From Lysobacterales bacterium (GTDB taxonomy: Bacteria; Pseudomonadota; Gammaproteobacteria; Xanthomonadales; SZUA-5), in assembly GCA_050250665.1 (NCBI GenBank), contig JBFWOF010000025.1:16530-80529 (forward strand): a DNA stretch of 64,000 nt, given 5' to 3'. The position numbers and the translations under genes are program-made. The notes under the pieces were generated by a model. It was not told the origin of the DNA and did no database searches. It saw only the letters and a program-made list of their open reading frames with translations. Below, piece by piece: positions 39,203-47,982 of the stretch (its first letter is position 1; each line of letters begins with the position of its first letter).

Positions 39203-39757
39203 ATGACCCTGGACCCGAGCTATCCCGACGATGACCGCTGCCGTGCCGTGTTCAACACGGTCGAGGCCCTGATCGAGCGCCGTTATGGCATCCCGGTGGT
39301 GATCAGCGATGTCATCGACCCCTTCACCGGCGATCTCGATGGCGCCGAAATCCAGATCGACCATGACCTGGAAGCGGAAGAAGCGCTGTTCATTCTGGTG
39401 CACCTGTTCGGTCACACCGTGCAGTGGAATCTGTCAGAGCGCGGACGCACGCTGGGCGTGCAGCAGCCCGACCCGAATCTGTCGGAGGAACGCATGGCCG
39501 AGCTCTACCAGTACGAGCGCGAGGCCGCGGAGCTCAGTCTGAGCCTGTTTCATGAGGCCGGCGTACATGATTTCGACCAGTGGCTGGCCGACTTCTTCCA
39601 CTGCGACTGGTCTTATCTGGTGCATTTCTACAAAACCGCCGAGAAGCGCCCCTTCAAGAGCTTCTGGCAGGTAGGCACCGAGTTGCTCGAACCCAAGCCC
39701 ATCCCTGAATTCACGCCCACAGTCTGGCGCGCGCGCTGGGATGGCGTGGTGGTCTGA
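39203..39757 (+). CDS. Hypothetical protein (HLFGH where peptidases carry HExxH)
   Basis: 184-aa ORF with coding-like composition; ALFILVHLFGHTVQW. Confidence 0.65.
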   Translation: MTLDPSYPDDDRCRAVFNTVEALIERRYGIPVVISDVIDPFTGDLDGAEIQIDHDLEAEEALFILVHLFGHTVQWNLSERGRTLGVQQPDPNLSEERMAELYQYEREAAELSLSLFHEAGVHDFDQWLADFFHCDWSYLVHFYKTAEKRPFKSFWQVGTELLEPKPIPEFTPTVWRARWDGVVV

Positions 39758-39822
39758 CCGCGCGAGCCTGAACCAGCCATCGGCCTGACCCGCAGGTCCG
39801 GCCGAGCGTTCGACGTCCCGGA

Positions 39823-39906
39823 TCAGCCCTCGACGCCGGACAGCGTCGATGCCCGATCGAGGGCGACCATGAAGATCGTGATGCCGAGTGACAATATCCA
39901 ACGCAT
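39823..39906 (-). CDS. Possible small hydrophobic peptide (27 aa)
   Basis: AGGAG 7 nt upstream of the ATG; MRWILSLGITIFMVALDRASTLSGVEG. Below the ORF-track length cutoff. An AT-richer stretch lies upstream (39960-40020). Confidence 0.25.
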   Translation of the reverse strand: MRWILSLGITIFMVALDRASTLSGVEG

Positions 39907-40041
39907 GTTCCGACTCCTGCCGCAGGGGCGCATCCCGGTCGAAGCGCCGGGTTATTGCAATGACAGCAAAGAATGATCTCAGTTCGCTGACTGCAGCATG
40001 ACGAAAATTTAACAAATTCGGCCGGAATCCGGGCAGAAGGT

Positions 40042-40062
40042 GGTTGTCGGTTGTCGGTTGTC
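40042..40062. repeat. Heptanucleotide tract (GGTTGTC)x3
   Basis: ggttgtcggttgtcggttgtc. Confidence 0.8.
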
Positions 40063-40440
40063 GGGCAGAGCCGACTCACGCGGAGGCGCGGAGGACGCGG
40101 AGAAAAGCTGGATTCTGTTTGCGGAGTCTGCAGCAAACCCAGCTGCCCTCGTCGGACCGTCCTGGCTTGCAAACGGCAGGCCGTGGGTGGGAACGGGCTC
40201 TGCCCGGGAAAGCGGGTCGAAATTCCGCTTCCATTGCTTTGCCATCGGGGAGCTTGTTGTACGGGCATGTCTTGAACGACTGGTGCCTGCGAATCGCCTA
40301 CCGTAACCAGGACTGGAAAGCTTGGGAACGCGACCAGACCAGCATGGTCCTACACTCGCATGTGCGCCTTCTTTTCTCCGCGACCTCCGCGCCTCCGCGT
40401 GAGTCAGCTTTGACCAAGGACCAGCAACAACCAGCACCCT

Positions 40441-42537
40441 TCACTTGATCTCGCGCAACAGCCGGAATCCGCGATCGGGGGCGGCGTTGTCTTCGTCTTC
40501 GCTGCTGGTCGGGCCTTCGATGCTGCTGTCGCGCCAGCCGCTGCCGGTCACATAACGGCCTACGCATACGCGACCGCTGGAATCGCGTTCCTTGCCCTGC
40601 AGGAAGCGCCCGAAATTGCCCAGCGCCTGGCGTACCTTGCCGATCTCCTTGAACTCGCAGCTGGCGGTCCATTCCCGCACATTGCCGGCCAGATCCAACG
40701 GCCATTCCGGCGCGGCGGCAAATTGTCCGCCGGGAGCGGTGTTGCGGTAGCGGTCGCCGCAGGCGGCGTTCTCGCCGCGCAGATTGGCGCAGTCGCCGGC
40801 GCGCGCGGCTGCCGACAATTCGCGCCACTCCTGCAGCGTGGGCAGTCGATAAACCCGACCGGCCTGCTCGCTCATCCACGCCGCATAGGCGCGGGCGTCG
40901 TCAAAACTGACACAGACCACCGGATCGTTGCCGCTCTGCGGGAAACCGGGATCGCGCCAGGACAAGGCGCGGCCATTGTCACGGCAGCTGGCCGCCTTGC
41001 GCCCGGTGGCCTCGGCGAAACGCAGATAGTCGGCGCGGGTGATCTCGAAGCGGGACACGGCGATCGGGCTGGCGAAGCTCGCCAGGCGCCCGGCTGGAAT
41101 CAGCAGCAGCTCCGGGCCGGGCCCATCGCGAAAGGGTTCGCCGCGAGCCGGAAAGCGCGCTACCAGCTGCACCAGTTCGGCAAACTCGGCCGAAGGAGCC
41201 GGCAGCATCTGCGCCAGCGACAGCTGGCTGCCGGCCTCGGCCCGATCACGCGCCGTCCGCGCATTTTCCAATGCCGGCCGGAAGCGTGTTTCCAGGGCCG
41301 ATACCACCGACTGCACCGGCGGCAGGGCATCGGCATGACTGCTGCTGACCAGAGCCGCCCAGCGTGGCAGCCGCTCGATCAGCCGGGCGTCGTCGCTGTT
41401 GATCAGATCGGCGCTGGCGCGATCGAGCAGGGTATCGCGCAGGTCCAGCGCGCCGCTGTCCACCGGTTCCTGCAGGAACATCGGCGCCAGCAAGGCATCG
41501 GCGCTGTCGGCGGCACCATCGAACCAGTGCCCTCGCTCGATCGCCGCCAGGATCGCGGCTTGCGCGGCGCCGGGGCCCGCTTGAGCCGGCGCGGCTGCGT
41601 CGGCCAGCGGTGCTTGCGGGCGGCTGCTGACCCATGCCGCGATCGCAACCAACAGCACCAGCACGGCAATGATCGAGATGGCCGGCAGCAAGGCCCGTCG
41701 CGGCTTTGGCCGGGCTGGCACGCTGGGCGGGTGCAGCTGCGACAGCGCCTGTGCCATGGTTTCGGCATCGGCGTAGCGATGCTCGGGGCGCTTGGCCAGC
41801 GCCGAATCAAAAAATGCCTGCCAATGCGCCAGCGCTGGCGGCAGCCGCGGGATAGGATCCTGCTGATGGCGGAGGGCCACGGCCAGGAAGTCGTCGGCAT
41901 CGAAGGGCGCGTGGCCGGTCAGCAGCTGGTAGGCCAGACAGCCGACGCTGTAGAGATCGCTGCGGCCGTCGACCACTTCACCGCGGGCCTGCTCCGGGCT
42001 CATCGTCAGCGAACTGCCCACGGTGCGTCCGTGGGTGGTCAGGCGATGGTTGCTCTTGACCTTGAGGGCCACACCGAAATCGGCCAGCAGGGGATTGCCG
42101 CGGCCGTCGAACAGCACATTGGCCGGCTTGACGTCACGATGCACCACGCCCTTGGCGTGGGCATGCCCGAGCGCGCTCAATACCGCGGTCAGAATGCGCT
42201 TGACCTCATCCTCGGGCATCGGTCGCGGGCGGCTTTCCAGATCACCGTGTGCCAGCAGCGGCATGATGTAGCAGGCACTGCCGTCCTCGGTGCGGGTGAC
42301 CTCGAAGATGGCAACGATGTTGGGATGATCGAGCGCCGCAATCAGCTGCGCTTCCTGCTCGAAGCGCTGATTCAGCTCTGGCGCATCGCGGCCCACCGCG
42401 CGCAGCACCTTGATCGCCACCGGACGATCGAGCGCCAGCTGCCGGCCCCGATACACGGTCGCCATACCGCCCGAGCCCAGCGCGCTCTCGACCGCATAGC
42501 CCGGTATGCGTGGCAGATCGGAGTCTTGATCGGTCAT
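40441..42537 (-). CDS. Ser/Thr protein kinase with TM segment and C-terminal FGE-sulfatase (SUMF1-like) domain
   Basis: GSGGMATVYRG, AIKVL, HRDVKPANVL, DFGVA; TM LLPAISIIAVLVLLVAIAAWV; C-terminal ...VCVSFDDARAYAAWMS...NVREWT. Start taken at MTDQDSDL (42537). Confidence 0.9.
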   Translation of the reverse strand: MTDQDSDLPRIPGYAVESALGSGGMATVYRGRQLALDRPVAIKVLRAVGRDAPELNQRFEQEAQLIAALDHPNIVAIFEVTRTEDGSACYIMPLLAHGDLESRPRPMPEDEVKRILTAVLSALGHAHAKGVVHRDVKPANVLFDGRGNPLLADFGVALKVKSNHRLTTHGRTVGSSLTMSPEQARGEVVDGRSDLYSVGCLAYQLLTGHAPFDADDFLAVALRHQQDPIPRLPPALAHWQAFFDSALAKRPEHRYADAETMAQALSQLHPPSVPARPKPRRALLPAISIIAVLVLLVAIAAWVSSRPQAPLADAAAPAQAGPGAAQAAILAAIERGHWFDGAADSADALLAPMFLQEPVDSGALDLRDTLLDRASADLINSDDARLIERLPRWAALVSSSHADALPPVQSVVSALETRFRPALENARTARDRAEAGSQLSLAQMLPAPSAEFAELVQLVARFPARGEPFRDGPGPELLLIPAGRLASFASPIAVSRFEITRADYLRFAEATGRKAASCRDNGRALSWRDPGFPQSGNDPVVCVSFDDARAYAAWMSEQAGRVYRLPTLQEWRELSAAARAGDCANLRGENAACGDRYRNTAPGGQFAAAPEWPLDLAGNVREWTASCEFKEIGKVRQALGNFGRFLQGKERDSSGRVCVGRYVTGSGWRDSSIEGPTSSEDEDNAAPDRGFRLLREIK

Positions 42538-42625
42538 GGATCTCTGAGTCGGTTCCGCGTGCTTGCACCCCTGGGGTGTCGATCGTCCAAGCATAGGCGC
42601 CCTGACAGCCTCAGGGCGAACCCTG

Positions 42626-42658
42626 TGAATCAACGATTCACGCGATCAGGGCTAGAAT
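42626..42658 (+). promoter_or_regulatory. Palindrome TGAATCAACGATTCA plus TAGAAT -10-like hexamer 6 nt before the ATG (possible leaderless promoter)
   Basis: tgaatcaacgattca (42626-42640); tagaat (42653-42658); ATG at 42665 with no SD. Confidence 0.3.
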
Positions 42659-42664
42659 CAGCCC

Positions 42665-43231
42665 ATGAGTTTACCGCTGCGTTTACTGCTGACTGCCCTG
42701 GCCCTGCTGCTCGCTGCACCGGCGTCGGCAGCGACCATCTACAAGTGCCGTCAGGCCGGTGGGGTGGTCAGCTATCAGGACAATCCCTGTCCGGGACGAC
42801 AGATCGGGGTGCTGCGCACACCGACCACTGCGGCCGCTGCCCGCGCGCCGGCAGCCACCACGGCCCCGGCCAAAGCCACGTCGGAGGCAGCGCGACCGAC
42901 ACCCACGGCGCGGGCGCCGCGGCCATCGTTCAAGTGCGTAAGACCCGACGGCAGCCACTACTACACCGGCAACGCCCGGCCGGCACGGATGCTGGTGGAT
43001 GCCTCCAACACGGTGGCCAAGAGGGTCGCTGGCGCGCCCGCGGCGCCGCCGGGCAAGGCCTGGGCCGAAGACCAGTGCGCCAACAGCACCCGCGCGGAAA
43101 GCTGCCAGTACTACCAGGAGCAGATCGCCGCCAACGATGCCCGCGAGGCTGCGGCCAAGGGCACCGATGCCTCGCGACTGAAGCGTGAAGGGCAGCGTCT
43201 GCGGGCTATCCGCAACCATCGCTGCAACTGA
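42665..43231 (+). CDS. Secreted DUF4124-type protein
   Basis: Signal peptide MSLPLRLLLTALALLLAAPASA, then TIYKCRQAGGVVSYQDNPCPG. Confidence 0.75.
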   Translation: MSLPLRLLLTALALLLAAPASAATIYKCRQAGGVVSYQDNPCPGRQIGVLRTPTTAAAARAPAATTAPAKATSEAARPTPTARAPRPSFKCVRPDGSHYYTGNARPARMLVDASNTVAKRVAGAPAAPPGKAWAEDQCANSTRAESCQYYQEQIAANDAREAAAKGTDASRLKREGQRLRAIRNHRCN

Positions 43232-43345
43232 CGTCCGGGTCGGAAGTCGCCAAAGCTGCGACCTTTCTCCCGATCTCTGGCGACGCCCGCACTGCCGGCC
43301 GCTCGCCGAATCCGTATCCCTCACTCCCATACTCAGGAGCCGAAC

Positions 43346-44182
43346 ATGGATCGATTGATCGAAGTCTTTTCCAACATGCCCTGGGCGAGCCAGTTGGCGA
43401 GCTGGAGCGTACGCCTGGCCACCGCCCTGCTGCTGTTGCTGCTGGGCTTGTGGATCGTCCGCCTGGCCGCCAATGCCCTGGCGCGCCTGATGACGCGCAT
43501 GAATGTCGACCCGATGCTGCGTGATTTCCTGCGCAGCGTACTCACCGGCGTGCTCACGGTGCTGGTCCTGGCCGGTGCGCTGGATTCGCTGGGTGTGCCG
43601 ATGACCTCGATCCTGGCAGCGCTCGGCGCCGCCGGTCTGGCCATCGCGCTGGCACTGCGCGATTCACTGGCCAACCTGGCGGCCGGCGTCACCCTGATTC
43701 TGCTCAAGCCCTTCCGCGTGGGTGATGTCATCGAAATCGGCAGCCAGAAAGGCAAGGTCGAGGGTATGCGTCTGATGCATACGGTGATGGCGACCCCGGA
43801 CAATTGCGAAGTGGTGTTGCCGAACTCGCATGTCGCCAGTCAGCCGATCACCAACTTCACCCGGCGCGACACCCGCCGCATCGATCTGGTGATCGGCATC
43901 GCCTACCAGGACGACATCGGCAAGGCCTTCAGCGTCATCGACCGGGTGCTCAAGGCCGAATCACGGGTGCTGGCCGAGCCGGAGCCGATGCTGCTGGTCG
44001 ACCAGCTCGGCGAAAGCAGTGTCGATCTGGCCATACGACCGTGGGTGGCGACTCCGGACCTGCTGGTCACCCGCGCCAGCCTGCTGCGCCAGATCAAGGA
44101 AGAGCTCGGCGCCGCCGGCATCGACATCCCCTTCCCGCAGCGCGTGTTGCATGTGGTGAAGGACGCGGAGGCGGCGAGCTGA
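43346..44182 (+). CDS. MscS-family mechanosensitive channel
   Basis: Three N-terminal TM segments and the PFRVGDVIEIGSQKGKVEGMRLMHTV beta-domain. Confidence 0.9.
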   Translation: MDRLIEVFSNMPWASQLASWSVRLATALLLLLLGLWIVRLAANALARLMTRMNVDPMLRDFLRSVLTGVLTVLVLAGALDSLGVPMTSILAALGAAGLAIALALRDSLANLAAGVTLILLKPFRVGDVIEIGSQKGKVEGMRLMHTVMATPDNCEVVLPNSHVASQPITNFTRRDTRRIDLVIGIAYQDDIGKAFSVIDRVLKAESRVLAEPEPMLLVDQLGESSVDLAIRPWVATPDLLVTRASLLRQIKEELGAAGIDIPFPQRVLHVVKDAEAAS

Positions 44183-44186
44183 AAAA

Positions 44187-44255
44187 GGGGGCACGGGGAA
44201 CGGGGCAGGGGACTCGGGACTCGGGACTCGGGACTCGGGACTCGGGACTCGGGAC
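44187..44255. repeat. G4-capable block followed by (GGGACTC)x6.7
   Basis: GGGGGcacGGGGaacGGGGcaGGGG (44187-44211), then gggactc units to 44255. Begins 5 nt after the mscS-family stop. Confidence 0.9.
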
Positions 44256-44266
44256 AAAACCCCGGG

Positions 44267-44362
44267 CGTCATTGCGAGGAGCGCAGCGACGAAGCAATCC
44301 AGGACCTGCGACTCCAGTTCTGGATTGCTTCCCCCGGATCAAATCCGGGGTCGCAATGACGC
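44267..44362. repeat. Composite palindromic repeat (CGTCATTGCGAGG family)
   Basis: Near-identical to 30209-30306. Confidence 0.8.
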
Positions 44363-44370
44363 GGGCTCTG

Positions 44371-44440
44371 GTGGGTCCAGACTTGTCTGGACGCTTTTTC
44401 CACCCAAAGGCCAAGAGCGTCCAGACAAGTCTGGACCTAC
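44371..44440. repeat. REP-like pair (GTCCAGAC family)
   Basis: gtgggtccagacttgtctggacgc ... gcgtccagacaagtctggacctac. Confidence 0.8.
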
Positions 44441-44489
44441 CGTTCCCTCAGGTCTGTGGCAGGCGTGATTTGGCCTTCGCCCGTGCCCC

Positions 44490-45353
44490 CTACTCCGGCA
44501 ACGGAGTGAACTCGTCCTCCCCGGGCACGGCGGCAAAGCGCTGCTCGCGCCAGTCGGTCTTGGCCTGCTCGATGCGCTCCGGACGCGACGATACGAAATT
44601 CCACCACAGATGACGCCGCTCGGTCAGCGGCGGGCCACCCAGCCAGGCCAGCAGAGTGTCTTCCTCGGCCAGCACGGTCAGTGCCTGCTGCTGGGGCAGG
44701 ACCTGCAGCGTTCCGGCCGGAATCAGTTGACCGTCGATCCGCAGGCTGCCGCGCACCACGTACAGGGCCTGTTGCTGTGTAGTCGACGGCAGCTGCAGCT
44801 CGGCACCGCCGGTCATGGTTCCCGCTACGTAGAAAAGTTCGCTCAAGGTACGCACCGGAGACCGCTGGCCCAGGGCCTCTCCTGCGATCAGCTGCAAGGA
44901 CAAGCCTGGGCCCTCGATCCGCGGCAGATCGGCCGCCGGGTGATGATCGAAAGCGGGCGCGCTTTCTTCCTGATCCAGCGGCAGCGCCACCCAGGCCTGC
45001 AGTCCGTGCAGCGGTCCACCGCTGGCCCGCAGCGCATCGGGCGAGCGCTCGGAGTGGACGATGCCGCGTCCGGCATTCATCCAGTTGACGTCACCCGGAC
45101 GGATTTCCTGCGCAGAACCCAGGCTGTCCCGGTGCATCAGCGCGCCCTCGAACAGGAAGGTGACGGTCGCCAGACCAATATGCGGATGCGGCCTGACATC
45201 GATGCCCTGTCCAGGCGCGAACTGCGCCGGGCCCATGTGATCGAGAAACACGAAGGGTCCGACACTGCGCTGCAATCGATGCGGCAGCAATCTGGCGACT
45301 TCGAAGCCCCCCAGATCCTTGCGCAGACCGGTAATGCTGACGGGTAGGTTCAT
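44490..45353 (-). CDS. Pirin family protein
   Basis: Start MNLPVSITGLRK; FLDHMGP...RPHPHIGLATVTFLFEG cupin metal motif. Confidence 0.9.
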   Translation of the reverse strand: MNLPVSITGLRKDLGGFEVARLLPHRLQRSVGPFVFLDHMGPAQFAPGQGIDVRPHPHIGLATVTFLFEGALMHRDSLGSAQEIRPGDVNWMNAGRGIVHSERSPDALRASGGPLHGLQAWVALPLDQEESAPAFDHHPAADLPRIEGPGLSLQLIAGEALGQRSPVRTLSELFYVAGTMTGGAELQLPSTTQQQALYVVRGSLRIDGQLIPAGTLQVLPQQQALTVLAEEDTLLAWLGGPPLTERRHLWWNFVSSRPERIEQAKTDWREQRFAAVPGEDEFTPLPE

Positions 45354-45491
45354 GGGCACAAACTCCGACCAATGGGCAATGTACTTGGGGCTGGACTCTG
45401 GCAGTATCGGCGCGTTCTCGGGTCGATCCGACCCCGGGCGCGCCCGCGAAAGCCAACAGGGATCAGCGCGCAAGGAAGCGCACGTGGCGGC

Positions 45492-45800
45492 TCAATCGAC
45501 CAGTTCTTCGTCCTGCAGACGGCCATTGACGAATATCAGGCGGCGCGCAAACTTGTTCGAACCGAAGTCGTAGATCCACTCTTCGATTTCGATCTCGATG
45601 GCCACCGCCTCGTTGATCGCGTTCTGTCGGTAGACCGTGCGGTAGTAGCGACTCTCGTCAGCGGGATTGCCACAACGCTTGCGCACTTCGTAGCGCGACA
45701 TTCCCTGCAGTACCAGCTGGTTGCCGCAGCGCATGGCCTGCGCCGGCCAGGGGTAGACCATCAGGGCAACGGTCAGCGACAGCAGCAGGCGGATACGCAT
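45492..45800 (-). CDS. Secreted DUF2845-type protein
   Basis: Signal peptide MRIRLLLSLTVALMVYPWPAQA; GMSRYEVRKRCGNP...EEWIYDFG. Confidence 0.75.
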   Translation of the reverse strand: MRIRLLLSLTVALMVYPWPAQAMRCGNQLVLQGMSRYEVRKRCGNPADESRYYRTVYRQNAINEAVAIEIEIEEWIYDFGSNKFARRLIFVNGRLQDEELVD

Positions 45801-45846
45801 CGGGGACTCCTGAGTGGGTGCAATGGCCGCTGCGAGCGGAGATCAC

Positions 45847-46926
45847 CTATCCGGGGGCAGCGGAGCGGGCCCGGATCAATGCTGCCAGCACGTCTGGCGC
45901 GTAGTCGAAGGAATCGTAATACAGGCGATCATCGGGCAGACCGGCCGCGACAAAATCACGACGGCCCGCTTCGATCATCGGTGGTGGCCCGCTCATGTAG
46001 ACATCGAAACGGGACAGATCCGGAAAATCCTTGAGCACGGCTTCATGGACCGGGCCGGCACGGTATTGGTTCCGCTCCAGCGGACTGGCCTCGCTCAGCA
46101 CCGGCGTGTAGCGCACATTGCTGTGGCGGTCCTGCCATTGCCGGCACAGCGATTCCAGGTACAGATCCTCGACATGACGCGCACCCCAGTAGATGTGCAG
46201 CGCCCGATGGGTGTGGCGCTCGATCAGGTGCTCGACAATGGCCTTGATCGGGGCGAATCCGGTGCCGCCGGCCATCAGCAATATCGGCCGGTCACCGCCC
46301 TCGCGGGGCACAAAGGTGCCGAGCGGCGCTTCCACACGCAGCACCTGGCCCAGCCGCAGCTCGTCGAACACGAACTGGGTGAAGCCGCCGCCGCTGACCC
46401 GGCGGATGTGCAGATCCAGGGTGTCACCGTGATGCGGCGCATTGGCGATGGAAAACGCCCGGCGCTTGCCCTCGGGCAGCAGGATGTCCAGATATTGCCC
46501 GGGCAGATAATTGAAGCCCTCGCGCTGCGCCGGCAGCAGCTTCAGTTCCATGACGTCGTCGCAGAGGCGGTGCTTGGCGGCCACCTTGACCGCCAGCTGG
46601 CGGATCGGAATGCCGGCGACTGCTTCGACCTCGCGGATGGCGATGGTCAGATCACTTGAGGCCACGGCCTGACACAGCAGCGCCTGACCGCATTCGCGCT
46701 CGGCCTCGCTGAGCGCACTCGGCGGGTTGTAGGGGTAGCTGACCTCGCCGCTGATCAGTCGGCCCTTGCAGCTGCCACAGCTGCCGGAAAGGCAGCTGTA
46801 GGGCAAGGCCAGGCCGGCCCGCCGGGCGGCCGCCAGCACGGTTTCGCCTCCGCGCACATCGAAGGACTTGCCGCTGCCGGCCAGCTGCACCTGGTGCTCT
46901 GCGTGGGTGGGGATTTCTCTGTTCAT
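45847..46926 (-). CDS. 2Fe-2S ferredoxin / FNR-like flavin reductase fusion (CDP-6-deoxy-glucoseen reductase-like)
   Basis: CLSGSCGSCKGRL cluster motif, RAFSIANAP flavin motif, MAGGTGFAP NAD(P)H motif. Start taken at MNREIPTH (46926). Confidence 0.85.
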   Translation of the reverse strand: MNREIPTHAEHQVQLAGSGKSFDVRGGETVLAAARRAGLALPYSCLSGSCGSCKGRLISGEVSYPYNPPSALSEAERECGQALLCQAVASSDLTIAIREVEAVAGIPIRQLAVKVAAKHRLCDDVMELKLLPAQREGFNYLPGQYLDILLPEGKRRAFSIANAPHHGDTLDLHIRRVSGGGFTQFVFDELRLGQVLRVEAPLGTFVPREGGDRPILLMAGGTGFAPIKAIVEHLIERHTHRALHIYWGARHVEDLYLESLCRQWQDRHSNVRYTPVLSEASPLERNQYRAGPVHEAVLKDFPDLSRFDVYMSGPPPMIEAGRRDFVAAGLPDDRLYYDSFDYAPDVLAALIRARSAAPG

Positions 46927-47016
46927 GGCCCGAGTATCGCCCCTCAAGTCTGCACAGGACATCAAGACCGGAAATTCCTGCGCCGCGTGTCAGCAGCTGT
47001 GCTTGCCACGCCGCCC

Positions 47017-47042
47017 AAAAAAAACGGGGGCCGAAGCCCCCG
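47017..47042 (-). terminator. Rho-independent terminator downstream of the porin gene
   Basis: Minus strand reads cgggggcttcggcccccg followed by tttttttt: 7-bp GC stem, 4-nt loop, 8-nt U-tract. Confidence 0.75.
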
Positions 47043-47071
47043 CTCAATTCAAGTCGTGACTGCGATGGGCG

Positions 47072-47764
47072 TCAGAATTCCCACAGCGTGGTCAGGAACA
47101 CGCGCGAACCGCCATTGTCGCCCCAATCGATATCGTTGGTGGCATGGGCGTAGGACAGGCCAACCGACATCTGCCCGAAGGAGCGCGACAGGCCGACCGA
47201 GAAGTCCTGGTAGGAATCACCGAGAGCCTTGTCCAGATCGTAGTGGCCGACCGAGCCTTCCAGGGTCAGGTCCCACCAAGGCAGCGGATAGCTGCCAGAC
47301 GCCGACACATAGGTGCCGTTCTCGCCGGAGTTGAACACATCATTCGAGTAACCGACCAGGAAGCTCAGGTAATCGCCGACGCCGAGCGTGAAGATCAGCT
47401 CGTTGTAGTTGTAGGCGCTCTGATCGTGATAGGCGTAGCGCAGCAGTGTGGCGTCGAAGCTGACCGTGTCGCTGATCTGGGTGCCCCAGCCGACGTAGAA
47501 ATCGAACTCGGCATTGGCGCCGTCACCATCCACGAAATCCACAGTGGAAGCCCACACGCCGGCATGGAAACCGCTGTCGTGGGTGTAATCCATTCCGGCC
47601 TGGATGGCCGGCCCTTCGTTGGTCTGCGAAACGCCGCGGAACACATAGTCGCTGACGATGCCGACATTGAAGGCCAGCGGACCCGATTCCTCTTCGGCAT
47701 CCTGAGCCAGGGCCGGCATCGAGAGCGCGGCGAGCAGGGCAGCCGTAATTAGCCGATAGCGCAT
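47072..47764 (-). CDS. TorF-family putative outer-membrane porin
   Basis: Signal peptide MRYRLITAALLAALSMPALAQ; FNVGIVSDYVFRGVSQTNEGPAIQ; C-terminal ...TLWEF. Confidence 0.8.
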   Translation of the reverse strand: MRYRLITAALLAALSMPALAQDAEEESGPLAFNVGIVSDYVFRGVSQTNEGPAIQAGMDYTHDSGFHAGVWASTVDFVDGDGANAEFDFYVGWGTQISDTVSFDATLLRYAYHDQSAYNYNELIFTLGVGDYLSFLVGYSNDVFNSGENGTYVSASGSYPLPWWDLTLEGSVGHYDLDKALGDSYQDFSVGLSRSFGQMSVGLSYAHATNDIDWGDNGGSRVFLTTLWEF

Positions 47765-47982
47765 GGTGATTCTCCTGTAACCAGTCTGGTTTGAAACGGG
47801 GCATGGCGATTGTGAAGCCAATCTGACCAAATTGGCTAGTGCATTGGTTCCATTGTCGTCTGGTCCAGGTGACACATTGTTCATCGGCGCGCGATTGTCC
47901 GTGCTGCCAGGGTGCCACCGAACATGCGCTGTGCGCAGGTTGCCCGGGTTAGACTGCAGCCCATCCCACCCGGAGTCGACCG

